From positions 64,001 through 128,000 of the forward strand of contig JBNKUM010000085.1 of assembly GCA_050298595.1 (NCBI GenBank): a DNA stretch of 64,000 bases, read 5' to 3'. Positions 50,712 to 61,583 of this stretch are shown here, piece after piece (within the stretch, counting starts at the first letter, position 1; each line of letters starts with the position of its first letter). The DNA comes from Gammaproteobacteria bacterium. GTDB taxonomy: Bacteria > Pseudomonadota > Gammaproteobacteria > GCA-001735895. Under the pieces are notes generated by a model that saw nothing but the letters and a program-made list of their open reading frames with translations, was not told where the DNA came from and did not search any database. The position numbers were made by a program, and so were the translations under genes.

Positions 50712-52877
50712 TTGCCCGTAACCATCCGATCAATCCTGACTCTATGCTGCCTGGGCCTTACGCTCAATTCGGTACAGGCCGAGGACTGGAGTCTTTGCTC
50801 TGTTCCTGTGATCACCCCTGATCCAGATCTGAACAACTCGAATTTTACCAGTGAAATAACTGCCGACCAGTTATTCAGCCAGAACAATGATTATCTGTTG
50901 TTCACTGGGCAGGTTGAATTCAAACGCAACACAGAATCGATCAATGCGGATAGACTTGAGTTTTATCGAGACCCGCAGCATTTACAGGCAAGCGGTAATA
51001 TTATTTACTCGGACAATTTACTAAAGCTCACCACCAATGCCATGTCATTCAACGATGAGCTAAAACAGGGACTGTTTGATAACAGTGATTTCCAGCTGTT
51101 TGAGAATCATATACGCGGTTCGGCTGAATACATTGAGCAATCAGATGAGCTACATAGTCAGTTTAAGAATGTGAGTTTTACTACCTGCGATCCGGGTGAC
51201 AATCATTGGTCATTAAGCGCCAGCAAACTTGAGCTGGATAAAGATACGCGTCAGGGTACCGCTCAGAATGCGCTATTAAAAATCGGCCCGCTGCCGGTAT
51301 TTTACTTCCCCTGGATGATGTTCCCCCTTGGCGACCAGCGCATGAGTGGGATACTGTCACCCACCATTTCTGATTCAGACAAAGATGGCACCACTATATC
51401 CTTACCGGTTTACTGGAATCAGGCTGAAAACTACGATATGACCATCACTCCGGTGTCATACAGCAAACGTTCTTTACAGATCAATACCGAGAACCGTTAT
51501 CTGTTTCAAAATAATCAGGGCCAGCTACAACTGTCATGGCTGGATGACGATATCACTGGAAAAGAGCGCTGGTACCGTCAGTGGCTGCATGAAATGGATG
51601 CCCCCTTGGGCATACACACCTCAATCACCTATCAAAAGGTTTCAGATGAAGCATTTCTGAAAGACTTCGAACAGCTGGAATCGGTTACCTATGTTGACTT
51701 TCTAAAAAGCTCGATTAGCTTTTCTAACACTTTCGCTGAATGGGATACAAAGCTGCTATTCGAGGAATATCAGACTATAGATCTCACACAAAGTGTCGCC
51801 TCACGCCCTTACCGGCGCCAGCCGCGTTTGACGATTGACAGGACAAAGGCGCAGGAAGCTTTCAGCCTGAATCTAAACTGGCAGAATGAACTGGTTCGCT
51901 TTGATCGTGATGACAGCATTACCGGTGACCGACTACATATAAAACCAGCCATCAGCTACCCGATGCAAGGCGATTATTATTATGTTAACCCCTCGCTACA
52001 GCTGGATTTCACCGAATACCGACTGGATAACAACAAAAATGACATCAACTCGATTCAGCGCTCCATCCCGTTACTGAGTATCGACAGTGGCCTTATCTTT
52101 GAACGTGACGCTGGTACAGATGACCTACAGACTCTGGAACCACGGCTTTATCTGCTCTATGTGCCATACGAAGAGCAGTCGGATATACCGAAATTTGACA
52201 CCTCTCTAATCGTTGAAAACTATAACAGCCTGTTCATCAACAATCGATTCTCCGGTGCAGACCGCATCGGCGATACCGAACAGGCCAGCTTTGGGGTCAC
52301 GACCAGACTACTGGACAAGGAAAAGGGCAACGAATGGTTTAGCGCCAGTATCGCCCAGGCATTTTATGCCGGAGATCGCAAAGTCAGCCTGGATTCGACT
52401 GTCGACGAGCGGCGCAAATCCAACCTGATGACAAACCTTAGCTATAAGCCCAGCCCTGAGTGGAGTCTTCAACTCAACTCAGCCTATGACCAACAGCTTA
52501 AAGAACACCCTTCGTATGATGTCTCATTACGAAGACGTTCCGGGAATCAGGTTTTTAACCTGGAATACCATTTCAGAAAAGACTCACTGGAACAATCTAC
52601 ATTATCGATGGTCTACCCTGTCACCCATCGATGGACCAGTTATATCAAACACCAGTATTCATACCTTAAGCATAGGCCGGTACACAATCTGTTTGGCCTC
52701 GAATATGACAGCTGTTGCTGGCGTGTTGACCTGCTGTACGAGGATTCATCGGACGAAGCTTTGACCGAAACGGATCACAGTGTTTATTTTCAATTTACCT
52801 TTAAAGGTCTGAGTAATGCAGGAAAAGATATCAGTGCAATCCTTGAAGATGGTATCCTTGGCTATACCCCTGATTAA
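50712..52877 (+). CDS. lptD: LPS assembly protein LptD
   Basis: FTTC.P, QTLEPRLYLLY, NRFSGADRI, YDSCCW; upstream of surA. Confidence 0.92.
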   Translation: MPVTIRSILTLCCLGLTLNSVQAEDWSLCSVPVITPDPDLNNSNFTSEITADQLFSQNNDYLLFTGQVEFKRNTESINADRLEFYRDPQHLQASGNIIYSDNLLKLTTNAMSFNDELKQGLFDNSDFQLFENHIRGSAEYIEQSDELHSQFKNVSFTTCDPGDNHWSLSASKLELDKDTRQGTAQNALLKIGPLPVFYFPWMMFPLGDQRMSGILSPTISDSDKDGTTISLPVYWNQAENYDMTITPVSYSKRSLQINTENRYLFQNNQGQLQLSWLDDDITGKERWYRQWLHEMDAPLGIHTSITYQKVSDEAFLKDFEQLESVTYVDFLKSSISFSNTFAEWDTKLLFEEYQTIDLTQSVASRPYRRQPRLTIDRTKAQEAFSLNLNWQNELVRFDRDDSITGDRLHIKPAISYPMQGDYYYVNPSLQLDFTEYRLDNNKNDINSIQRSIPLLSIDSGLIFERDAGTDDLQTLEPRLYLLYVPYEEQSDIPKFDTSLIVENYNSLFINNRFSGADRIGDTEQASFGVTTRLLDKEKGNEWFSASIAQAFYAGDRKVSLDSTVDERRKSNLMTNLSYKPSPEWSLQLNSAYDQQLKEHPSYDVSLRRRSGNQVFNLEYHFRKDSLEQSTLSMVYPVTHRWTSYIKHQYSYLKHRPVHNLFGLEYDSCCWRVDLLYEDSSDEALTETDHSVYFQFTFKGLSNAGKDISAILEDGILGYTPD

Positions 52878-52895
52878 TTTGTTTCTATAAATTCT

Positions 52896-54179
52896 ATGAA
52901 GTTAACTCCGAAAATATTACTCCTTTTACTGCTTATGCAGGCTGGTTCGAGTTTTGCAGCCGCACAGTTTATCGATGCCGCGATTGCCATCGTAGAAGAC
53001 GATGTCATTACCAATTATGAGTTGAGCAGGGAAGTTGATCGAATCCGCACGGATTTAGTCAAACAGGGTCGCAAGATTCCACCCGAGGTATCACTCAACC
53101 GTCAGGTGCTGGAATTAATGATCAACAAATCCATACTGCTGCAACAGGCGAATAGCCGAGGCGTTGTCATCACCGACACCCAACTAAATTCAACACTGCA
53201 AAATATGGCGCGTCGCAATCAAATGACCCTGACGCAATTTCGTAGCGCATTAGTTAATTCTGGGATAGATTACAATCGCTTCCGTCAGGATATCAGAGAC
53301 GAACTGGCCATAAATCACATCAAAAACCAGTATGCGCTACAGAATGTCGAGGTATCGGATCAGGAAGTCGAAGACTTTCTCGCGCGCAATAGCGAAAACA
53401 ATAACGCCGAAGAATATAAACTCAGCCATATCCTGATTGCACTACCCGATGCAGCCAGTAGTGAACAGGTCAGTAAGGCTCGCGAAAGTATAGAAAGCAT
53501 CAAGCAAAATATCGAACAGGGTGCAGATTTCGCCCAACAGGCCAGTGAATTTTCAGCTGGCGGCAATGCCCTGCAAGGCGGTGATCTAGGATGGCGCAAG
53601 CTGGCTGAAATCCCCAGCTTATTTGCCAATATCGTGCCCAAAATGAAAACCGGTGCCCTCAGTGAAGTACTACGCAGTGCCAGTGGCTTTCATATCATCA
53701 GGCTGGATGAGAAGCGCAATGGCGAACAGGTTCTGGTTCAACAAACCCATGCGCGACACATCCTGATAAAAACCGATGAAATCACTGATTTACAACAGGC
53801 AAGGCAAAAGCTGGAAGATATCCGCCTGCGCATCATCAACGGTGATGACTTTGCAGAACTGGCCAAACAGTATTCCGATGACCCTGGCTCAGGTGGACTG
53901 GGCGGCGATCTGGGATGGTTTGGAGCAGGAACGATGGTAAAAGAATTTCAGCAGGTAGTGGATGACACCGCTATTAATGAAGTCAGTGAAGTCTTCCGCT
54001 CACCCTTTGGCTGGCATCTGATACAGGTACTTGGACGAAGAACCATCGATGAAACCGATGAAAGCAAACGCAACAGTATTCGCTCACAGCTGCAGGAACA
54101 GAAAAAGAAGGAAGTGCTGGAATTATGGGAGCGTCGACTCAGAGATCAGGCTTTTGTAAAACTCGTCAATGCCAGGTAA
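52896..54179 (+). CDS. surA: Chaperone/PPIase SurA
   Basis: N-domain plus two parvulin domains (HIL..GGDLGW..GFHI/GWHL). Confidence 0.93.
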   Translation: MKLTPKILLLLLLMQAGSSFAAAQFIDAAIAIVEDDVITNYELSREVDRIRTDLVKQGRKIPPEVSLNRQVLELMINKSILLQQANSRGVVITDTQLNSTLQNMARRNQMTLTQFRSALVNSGIDYNRFRQDIRDELAINHIKNQYALQNVEVSDQEVEDFLARNSENNNAEEYKLSHILIALPDAASSEQVSKARESIESIKQNIEQGADFAQQASEFSAGGNALQGGDLGWRKLAEIPSLFANIVPKMKTGALSEVLRSASGFHIIRLDEKRNGEQVLVQQTHARHILIKTDEITDLQQARQKLEDIRLRIINGDDFAELAKQYSDDPGSGGLGGDLGWFGAGTMVKEFQQVVDDTAINEVSEVFRSPFGWHLIQVLGRRTIDETDESKRNSIRSQLQEQKKKEVLELWERRLRDQAFVKLVNAR

Positions 54180-55158
54180 ACCCATTATCGCGATTACCAG
54201 CGGTGAACCTGCTGGTATAGGCCCAGAATTAATGGCTTCTATTCATGCCAATGAATTTGATGCCCGACTAGTGGTGCTAGGTGATGAAAATCTGATCCGA
54301 TCACGCGCTGCATCGATAGACCGCAGCATTCATTTGCAATCCTTTGATCCAGACATAGTCGTTCCCAATGGTGCGCTGGAAATCAGGCATATTCCCTTAC
54401 ATAAGCCAGCTGTGGCTGGAAAGCTTGATTCAGCAAATGCTGGCTATGTACTGGAAACCCTGGACGATGCCTGCCATGGCTGCTTAAACAATACCTATCA
54501 AGCCATGGTCACAGCCCCCATCCAGAAAGACATCATTAACATAGCCGGCATCCCATTTAGTGGGCATACCGAATACCTGGCTGAATTATGCAAAGCGCCT
54601 AAACCTGTCATGATGCTGGCTACTGATACCTTACGCGTGGCTCTGGCGACCACACATTTACCGCTACGCGATGTCGCTGACGCTATCAATTCCGAAGAAC
54701 TGGAAAACATCATCAACATCATTCATCACGATCTTAAATCCCGCTTCGGCTTAACTCGACCTCATATCAAGGTATGCGGATTAAACCCTCATGCGGGCGA
54801 GAATGGTTATCTTGGTCAAGAAGAGATAGACATCATTATCCCGCTTATCAGGAAAATGCAGTCGGCAGGTATCAATGTCAGCGGTCCTTATCCTGCCGAT
54901 ACAGTCTTCACCATTGATTCATTAAAAGATGCCGATATCGTCCTTGCTATGTACCACGATCAGGGCCTACCGGTTCTTAAACATGCTGGATTCAACCATT
55001 CGATCAATACCACCCTGGGGTTGCCTATCATCCGAACCTCGGTAGATCATGGCACTGCCTTGCATCTTGCAGGAACTGGAAAAGCTAAACCAGACAGCCT
55101 GTTTGCCGCTATCCGTTCAGCCATGAGTCAATGTCAACACCTGCAGCGACTGCAATGA
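54169..55158 (+). CDS. pdxA: 4-hydroxythreonine-4-phosphate dehydrogenase
   Basis: GEPAGIGPE, GHTEY, GLNPHAGE, MYHDQG, RTSVDHGTA. Confidence 0.96.
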   Translation: MPGKPIIAITSGEPAGIGPELMASIHANEFDARLVVLGDENLIRSRAASIDRSIHLQSFDPDIVVPNGALEIRHIPLHKPAVAGKLDSANAGYVLETLDDACHGCLNNTYQAMVTAPIQKDIINIAGIPFSGHTEYLAELCKAPKPVMMLATDTLRVALATTHLPLRDVADAINSEELENIINIIHHDLKSRFGLTRPHIKVCGLNPHAGENGYLGQEEIDIIIPLIRKMQSAGINVSGPYPADTVFTIDSLKDADIVLAMYHDQGLPVLKHAGFNHSINTTLGLPIIRTSVDHGTALHLAGTGKAKPDSLFAAIRSAMSQCQHLQRLQ

Positions 55159-55931
55159 CTCATAAGGCACGTAAACGTTTCGGTCAGCATTTTCTGCACG
55201 ATCAGAATATCATCCATAAGATCATCTCTGCACTGAACCCGCAGCCGGGGCAGAATATTGTCGAGATTGGTCCTGGGCAGGGCGCGCTAACCCTGCCCCT
55301 GTTAAAGCGCTGTCAGAGGCTCACTGCGATTGAACTGGATCGAGACCTGATTCCGATACTGCAACGCAAATCTGCTGACATTGGCGAGTTGACTCTGGTG
55401 AATCAGGATGTGCTGAATTTTGATCTGGCGGCGCTTGAATTAGATCCTCCATTCAGGATGGTCGGTAATCTTCCATACAACATATCCACCCCTTTGATGT
55501 TTCATCTATTGAAATCCAGCGCGCTGATCAGCGATATGGTTTTCATGCTGCAAAAAGAGGTCGCACAGCGCATCATTGCCGACCCGCACAACAAGCTTTA
55601 CGGTAAATTAACCGTGATGATGCAATACTTCTGCGAAAGTGAGTATTTGTTCGATGTACCCCCCGGCTGTTTCTCTCCCCCACCCAGGGTGGATTCGGCG
55701 GTGATACGTCTGCGTCCACACGCCACTTTACCTGCCAATGTGGATGTCGATGAACTCGAAAAAGTGGTCTCAGCCGCTTTTAACCAACGCAGAAAAACTA
55801 TCAGTAATTCACTTAAAAACCTGATCGACAGGAGTATAATAAATAGTTTAGGAATAGACCCATCTGCTCGAGCAGAAAATTTGTCCCTGACCCATTTTGT
55901 ACAACTAACACAGGCAATGCTGAATCAATAA
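55155..55931 (+). CDS. rsmA: 16S rRNA dimethyladenosine transferase RsmA/KsgA
   Basis: RKRFGQHFL, EIGPG.G, GNLPYNIST, F.PPPRVDS. Confidence 0.96.
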   Translation: MTHKARKRFGQHFLHDQNIIHKIISALNPQPGQNIVEIGPGQGALTLPLLKRCQRLTAIELDRDLIPILQRKSADIGELTLVNQDVLNFDLAALELDPPFRMVGNLPYNISTPLMFHLLKSSALISDMVFMLQKEVAQRIIADPHNKLYGKLTVMMQYFCESEYLFDVPPGCFSPPPRVDSAVIRLRPHATLPANVDVDELEKVVSAAFNQRRKTISNSLKNLIDRSIINSLGIDPSARAENLSLTHFVQLTQAMLNQ

Positions 55932-55932
55932 C

Positions 55933-56424
55933 ATGACCACATCTCTTTCAATTATCTGTGCTATGGATCAGAACCGGCTGATTGGCAAGAATAATGCCTT
56001 ACCCTGGCACCTGCCTGCTGACCTGGCATTTTTTAAGCAAAACACCCTGGGGAAACCGATTGTGATGGGGCGCAAGACCTATGAATCGATTGGACGCCCC
56101 CTGCCCGGCAGGCAAAATATAATCATCACACGCGATGCTAATTACCGGGCCGAAGGTTGTGATTGCTGCTCAAGTATCGAAGCCGCGCTTGAGCTGGCCC
56201 GCGATCATGCTGAAGTGATGCTGATCGGTGGCGCAAGCCTCTATCAACAAACGCTGGAAAAGGCACAGCACCTCTACTTAACTCGAATTCACTCAAGCTT
56301 TGAAGGCGACGCCTGGTTTCCAGAAATTAACCCTGATGACTGGAAGGAGATCTGGCGCGAAGACCACCGCTCGGATGAAAAAAATATATGCGATTTCTCT
56401 TTTGTTAAATATTCCAGAAAATAA
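55933..56424 (+). CDS. folA: Dihydrofolate reductase
   Basis: IG..NALPWHLPADL..FK, MGRKTYESIGRPLPGR.N, IGG, GDAWFP. Confidence 0.96.
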   Translation: MTTSLSIICAMDQNRLIGKNNALPWHLPADLAFFKQNTLGKPIVMGRKTYESIGRPLPGRQNIIITRDANYRAEGCDCCSSIEAALELARDHAEVMLIGGASLYQQTLEKAQHLYLTRIHSSFEGDAWFPEINPDDWKEIWREDHRSDEKNICDFSFVKYSRK

Positions 56425-56492
56425 ACGACCAGCGCGCTTGGCTTATCAACATTGATTTACTAGAATGACCGTCCATTTAATGAGAGAGCGCT

Positions 56493-56777
56493 ATGGAGCT
56501 AGATAAAATGGAAAGCCGCACCTACATTATTGGTAGAGAAGGGCATATATATCTGAACGACAAAACTGTCAGTAAGCAGCATGCAGAGATTCAGATTATG
56601 AACGGCGAAATATACCTGAGAGATCTTGAGTCCACCAACGGTACCTATCTGGTAAAAAATAATCGTCTGGTTGCTTTTGCTGAAGGTTATGTACAGCTTA
56701 ACCAGGCAATAGTTATTGGAAATAAGCAATACACGATTAAGAAATTACTGGAAATGGCCGGGGCTATCGCTGCCTGA
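56493..56777 (+). CDS. Stand-alone FHA-domain protein
   Basis: IGR, VSKQHA, DLESTNGT. Confidence 0.85.
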   Translation: MELDKMESRTYIIGREGHIYLNDKTVSKQHAEIQIMNGEIYLRDLESTNGTYLVKNNRLVAFAEGYVQLNQAIVIGNKQYTIKKLLEMAGAIAA

Positions 56778-56815
56778 TTGAGGACATTATTCACCCTTTC
56801 GCAACACCTGTTCAG

Positions 56816-57097
56816 CTAGCTGATCGCTTTTTTCTGGCTTCTTTCATCGATAAAAACAGCAGAAGAATCAACAGTTTCAACGACTCTCATCTCCATCTCT
56901 TCTAACTCACCAGGCGCCAGATAGTAGACCATATCAATTTGATGTCGGATATATCTTGATGGTAATCGTGTTAATGAATAACAGGCGACATCGAGAAAAA
57001 ACTCTTCATCATGCTGTGGGTATTTGTCCACCAGAGTTTGACTAATATACTCAAACACCAGATTTTCGTAATAATTATACAAACTGGCAAAATTCAT
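56816..57097 (-). CDS. ComFB-family protein
   Basis: NYYENLV..DVACYSL..LPSRY ComFB pattern. Confidence 0.75.
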   Translation of the reverse strand: MNFASLYNYYENLVFEYISQTLVDKYPQHDEEFFLDVACYSLTRLPSRYIRHQIDMVYYLAPGELEEMEMRVVETVDSSAVFIDERSQKKAIS

Positions 57098-57113
57098 TCG
57101 ACTTACCTCTTTG

Positions 57114-58154
57114 TTATAGCCCTAGTCCAAATAGCGCACCACCTATTAACCAGGGCCAGAGTCCATTTTCTTCTTCTGGTGGTTTTGCATTCTGGTAAAT
57201 TTTTGATTCTGCTTCGTTCAGCAGCCCAGGAACTGGTTCTTGATTATCCATCTTCTGCACCTTGCCCCAGTCTGCCACAGCATATTGCCCCTGAGCAAGC
57301 TCTCCCTGCACACCTTCTTCATCTTTCAAAGTAATCGCCCCCTTCAGTACCGCCACATGCAAACGGCTGTCTTCAGATGCACTGTTTGCTGAGTGTTCAC
57401 AGTCATTAACTTGACATAGCATTAGCACATAATCAGTGCCGCGTACGCCAATAGTCATGACTCCTGCACTAACCCGATAAATACTTAAGGGATTAGCCGC
57501 AATAGCCCCGGTAATTTTACGCAACCCCCCCTTGATTAGATCAATGATACTGCGGCTGCCTTTTTCAAAGGCTGACTTCATCACGTACTCAGTAATACGT
57601 ACAGAACTATCCGTTTTTAAATACAACTTTGCACCATCAACCATATCTATAGCTACCGTACTATCTGTGGAAGTTTTTATCCTGTCACCTTCATATACCG
57701 GAGAGTTTTGCTGGAGTGCATTCTGCTTTCCATTTTTATCGGTAGCTATAACATAACCATTAACACCTTTGATGACGCCTACCTGGACAAATCGATTAAC
57801 CGCATTGAGTTTAGCGGGTTTACCGGGTTCACGGAGTTCACGGAGTTCATGGATTTTTTTAATGGTAACCATTTTTAACGATGACCCTACGATCAGTTGA
57901 CCAGTAAAACTGTCAAACGCTTCAGGGTTAAACTCCTGTATCTTCTGTTTTATCTGCGGCCAGAGGGGCTTATGCTCCGCATATATCTGCTCCACCAGTT
58001 TATCCAGAGTTTGATCTGGCCCAACTCGCATAATTTGGCGTGAAGATTCTACAAATTCGTAATGAATTTCCTCTGCATTTAGCGGGGTAAGTAAACAAAT
58101 AAACACCAGAAAAAATCCAAACCCCAGAACACTCCTGGGTAAATAATGAATCAT
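57114..58154 (-). CDS. Exported FecR-domain protein with LysM/FimV-like N-terminus and C-terminal membrane anchor
   Basis: Signal peptide; V..DQTL..I...NP.AF; GD.I.T..S...MVDG..L; IGVRGT; tail WPWLIGGALFGLGL. Confidence 0.75.
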   Translation of the reverse strand: MIHYLPRSVLGFGFFLVFICLLTPLNAEEIHYEFVESSRQIMRVGPDQTLDKLVEQIYAEHKPLWPQIKQKIQEFNPEAFDSFTGQLIVGSSLKMVTIKKIHELRELREPGKPAKLNAVNRFVQVGVIKGVNGYVIATDKNGKQNALQQNSPVYEGDRIKTSTDSTVAIDMVDGAKLYLKTDSSVRITEYVMKSAFEKGSRSIIDLIKGGLRKITGAIAANPLSIYRVSAGVMTIGVRGTDYVLMLCQVNDCEHSANSASEDSRLHVAVLKGAITLKDEEGVQGELAQGQYAVADWGKVQKMDNQEPVPGLLNEAESKIYQNAKPPEEENGLWPWLIGGALFGLGL

Positions 58155-58777
58155 TTTGGCTCTCCATCAATAAAGGTTAATTTTTGCACGCATTCAAGTA
58201 CCTGACTGGCCATCCTGCCTGCAACATGCAGAATATTCAAGTCATTGATATCAAATGCAGCATCCTGTTTGTGGTTGACTACTTCAATCGCGCCAACAAC
58301 CTCGTCTTCGATAGTCACGGGAGTACACATCAGTGAAGATGTTTGGAAATTAAGGCGTTCATCGATTGACGCTGACCATTGCTTAGAGGCATGAACGTCT
58401 TCAACGAGCAATGCCTCTTTAGTCTTTATCACATGCCCAACCAATCCAGTATCTAGTGAAATCCGGTGATTAAGTAAGTGATCATGCGATTCACCAACGA
58501 CCGCGACGAACTCTAATTCACTGGTTTCCTCATCGATGAGTATTAACGAACCATTTTCGGTATTACAGGCATGCATCACCATCTCCAATAATTCATTGAG
58601 CAATTCTGGAAGCTCCAGATTTATACTCATCGAGTGGGTCCTGGTATCAAGCTCTGCCAGTACTCGAAACGCCTGTTGATGCCTGGCAAGTTTTTTACTG
58701 ACCTGCTGGTTACGCACTTTCAGCAGATCATTCTCATCCCGTAGCATCTGAATAATATCGCGCCGATTAATTGCCAT
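58151..58777 (-). CDS. Stand-alone GAF-domain protein with N-terminal coiled coil
   Basis: GSLIL.D..L.F..GLVG.V..DV..SLMCTP..GAIEVVN..F...D; start ATG 58777. Confidence 0.85.
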   Translation of the reverse strand: MAINRRDIIQMLRDENDLLKVRNQQVSKKLARHQQAFRVLAELDTRTHSMSINLELPELLNELLEMVMHACNTENGSLILIDEETSELEFVAVVGESHDHLLNHRISLDTGLVGHVIKTKEALLVEDVHASKQWSASIDERLNFQTSSLMCTPVTIEDEVVGAIEVVNHKQDAAFDINDLNILHVAGRMASQVLECVQKLTFIDGEPK

Positions 58778-58929
58778 ATAGATAAATCCATTCACAAAGT
58801 GTGCATAATATGATAGAGGACGACCGCTAAAAACACCAATCGTGTTAACATACTGAATTTAAAGGCCAGACGGTTAGGTTATTCGACAAAATGCATTATT
58901 TCTTGCGTAAGAGGAATGCGTTTAATCAA

Positions 58930-59778
58930 TTAACGGGAAGATTTTCTTTCTGATGTGGCAGTTTTTTCGCAGGAAAGACTAAACCAGCGTGGTGTTTTCT
59001 TATCGATACGTAGAGCTGTGATGCGCCCGCCCCATAAGCAACCACTGTCAATAGCAAAACAACCGCCATACTGATTGGTGGGCAAGGTTGACCAGTGACC
59101 GAAAGCCAGGCGGTTATGCTTGATAGCAGATTGACTAAATTCAAACCAGGGATTGACATCGCTGGAGTTAACTTTTTGCGGCGCACCTTTGATTTCAAGA
59201 TCAAGGCTGCCATCATTTCGCAGGTAACGCATGCGGGTAAATACGTTGGTAATAAAGCGCAGCCTTTCCATTCCGTCGAGTTGATCTGACCAAATTGCGG
59301 GATGATTACCGTACATTTCCCTTAGAAAATCGACTATGCGTTCTCCACGTAACGCTTGCTCAACTTCCCGTGCGCACTCATAAGCCTGGGTAAGACTCCA
59401 TCCAGGGTAAATACCCGCATGAACCATGGCAAAATTCAACCCAATATCGTAATGCAGAAGCGGTCTGAACCTGAGCCACTCAATCAATTCCTTGCAGTCA
59501 TCAGCTTGCAGAATCTGGTTTAAGCTATTACTTGATTTAACTTTGACCTGCCCATAATAGAGTGCCAGTAAGTGCAGATCATGGTTACCCAATACGCTGA
59601 CCGCGCTATCGCCCAAAGAGCGCACAAAACGTAATGTTTTCAAGGACTGTGGCCCACGATTGACCAGATCTCCGACGAACCATAATTGATCCGTTTGCTG
59701 ATCATAATTTATCGCTTTGAGCAGCTTTTTCAGGTTGCTGTAACAACCCTGTACATCGCCAATCACATAAACAGCCAT
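58930..59778 (-). CDS. apaH: Symmetrical diadenosine tetraphosphatase ApaH
   Basis: GDVQGC, GDLVNRGP.SL, GNHDLH, HAG, TRMR, FGHW, DSGCLWG. Confidence 0.95.
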   Translation of the reverse strand: MAVYVIGDVQGCYSNLKKLLKAINYDQQTDQLWFVGDLVNRGPQSLKTLRFVRSLGDSAVSVLGNHDLHLLALYYGQVKVKSSNSLNQILQADDCKELIEWLRFRPLLHYDIGLNFAMVHAGIYPGWSLTQAYECAREVEQALRGERIVDFLREMYGNHPAIWSDQLDGMERLRFITNVFTRMRYLRNDGSLDLEIKGAPQKVNSSDVNPWFEFSQSAIKHNRLAFGHWSTLPTNQYGGCFAIDSGCLWGGRITALRIDKKTPRWFSLSCEKTATSERKSSR

Positions 59779-59785
59779 CTCAGCC

Positions 59786-60403
59786 TCATTCAGCAGACGC
59801 TGATTTTTTTAATTCAATATAACGAAACCAGCCATTTGCCAGGGCTGGCTCATCACTTACTAATGTGAGCTGATTGCATTTAGCCAGTAAATGCTCAAAT
59901 ACCACATTGGTTTTGGTGGCAAAATGTCTAATCAGAGGATTGATCAAACGACGTCCTAATGCCAGCTGTCCGGGACGTAAGAATTTATCGACAATCAGTA
60001 ATTGCCCGCCAGGCTTTAATATTCTGCTAGCTTCAGTCAGGGCCTTAAATGAGTCGGGAACGATGGCGAGTATTAAATGCATGATGACCGCATCAAAGGC
60101 ATTATCTTCAAACGGCAATTTCATTGCATCCGCCTGTTGAAGCGTGAGATCAAGATCATCACGCTGGGCAGCTCGGTTACGTGCTTTAGCTAACATCGCA
60201 GGTGTTATATCAATGCCAGTATAGCTGGCTTTTGGGTTGAGAAAAGGTATATCCAGCCCGGTACCGATACCGACAATTAACGTGTCTGGGGTACCCTGAT
60301 GATTCAGACGTAGCAGGCTCTTCTGCCTTAGCGGCCTGGTTGCACTATCTACCATGACATCGTAAATGGGTGCCAGTAACGTATAGCTGTGTTTTAGCGC
60401 CAC
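59786..60403 (-). CDS. Class I SAM methyltransferase (PmtA-like)
   Basis: [26 protein letters not shown]. Confidence 0.8.
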   Translation of the reverse strand: MALKHSYTLLAPIYDVMVDSATRPLRQKSLLRLNHQGTPDTLIVGIGTGLDIPFLNPKASYTGIDITPAMLAKARNRAAQRDDLDLTLQQADAMKLPFEDNAFDAVIMHLILAIVPDSFKALTEASRILKPGGQLLIVDKFLRPGQLALGRRLINPLIRHFATKTNVVFEHLLAKCNQLTLVSDEPALANGWFRYIELKKSASAE

Positions 60404-60771
60404 TAATGTAATACTCTGGGTGTAGATAATACAAACTCATCAATAGTCGCATCGAATAACTTGCCATCTTCAGCCCGCATTTCATAACTGCCGCGCATGG
60501 TACCTATAGAGGTTTCCAGCATGGTTCCAGAGGTATACACAAACTGTTCACCCGGTTTTAAATGTGGTTGCTCACCTACCACACCTTCTCCGCGAACCTC
60601 CTGCACCTTTTGGTTGGAGTCGGTGATTATCCAGTGCCTGTTGATTAATTTCGCCGCCTGGTCACCCTTGTTGACAATAGTGATGGTATAGGCAAATACA
60701 TAATAATCCTGCTCTGGATTGGATTGCTCTTCGATATAATGGGTTTGCACATCAACCTGTATGTTATTCAT
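60403..60771 (-). CDS. apaG: ApaG protein
   Basis: [35 protein letters not shown]. Confidence 0.95.
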   Translation of the reverse strand: MNNIQVDVQTHYIEEQSNPEQDYYVFAYTITIVNKGDQAAKLINRHWIITDSNQKVQEVRGEGVVGEQPHLKPGEQFVYTSGTMLETSIGTMRGSYEMRAEDGKLFDATIDEFVLSTPRVLH

Positions 60772-60788
60772 CAATCGCTCCTTAGTCG

Positions 60789-61583
60789 TTAAACGGCTAC
60801 CGGTGCCTTGATATGCTCATGACATTGATACCCCAGTAGCTCAAAATCATCGTATTTAAAATTATATATATCCTTAACATCTGGATTGAGACGCATTTCT
60901 GGTAATGGAAATGTGTCACGCGATAACTGCAGATCAGTTTGCTGCAGATGGTTAGAATACAGGTGTGCATCACCCAGAGTATGCACAAACTCTCCCACTT
61001 TTAAATCGCATACCTGCGCAACCATCATCAGCAACAAAGCATAAGAAGCTATATTAAACGGCACACCCAGGAAAATATCCGCACTTCGCTGATATAATTG
61101 GCAGGATAGTTTACCTTCGGCGATATAAAACTGAAAAAAGGCATGGCAGGGCGGTAAAGCCATATTGTCCAGCTCACCCACGTTCCATGCACTGACAATC
61201 AAACGTCTTGAATCTGGATTCGTCTTAATCTGTTCTATCAATTGAGAGATCTGATCTATATGCCGACCATCTGCCGACGTCCATGAGCGCCACTGGGAGC
61301 CATATACAGGCCCGAGATTACCTTCTTCATCCGCCCATTCGTCCCAGATACTGACGCCATTCTGTTTCAGATAATCGATATTAGTATCACCTTTCAGGAA
61401 CCAGAGTAGCTCATGAATAATCGACCGTAAGTGCAACTTTTTAGTCGTTACTACAGGAAAACCTTCTGCCAGGTCAAAACGCATCTGGTAACCAAATACC
61501 GAACGCGTACCGGTACCTGTGCGGTCTGTTTTTTTTACACCATGATCGCGTACATGACGCATGAGTTCGAGATATTGCTGCAT
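60789..61583 (-). CDS. thyA: Thymidylate synthase
   Basis: DRTGTGT, ELLWFL, MALPPCH, YQRSAD..LGVPFN. Confidence 0.97.
   Translation of the reverse strand: MQQYLELMRHVRDHGVKKTDRTGTGTRSVFGYQMRFDLAEGFPVVTTKKLHLRSIIHELLWFLKGDTNIDYLKQNGVSIWDEWADEEGNLGPVYGSQWRSWTSADGRHIDQISQLIEQIKTNPDSRRLIVSAWNVGELDNMALPPCHAFFQFYIAEGKLSCQLYQRSADIFLGVPFNIASYALLLMMVAQVCDLKVGEFVHTLGDAHLYSNHLQQTDLQLSRDTFPLPEMRLNPDVKDIYNFKYDDFELLGYQCHEHIKAPVAV

Noticed and set aside
57823-57852. 9-bp tandem GGAGTTCAC repeats in the FecR gene
   Set aside because: Short in-frame linker duplication (ELRELRE); too few copies for phase variation
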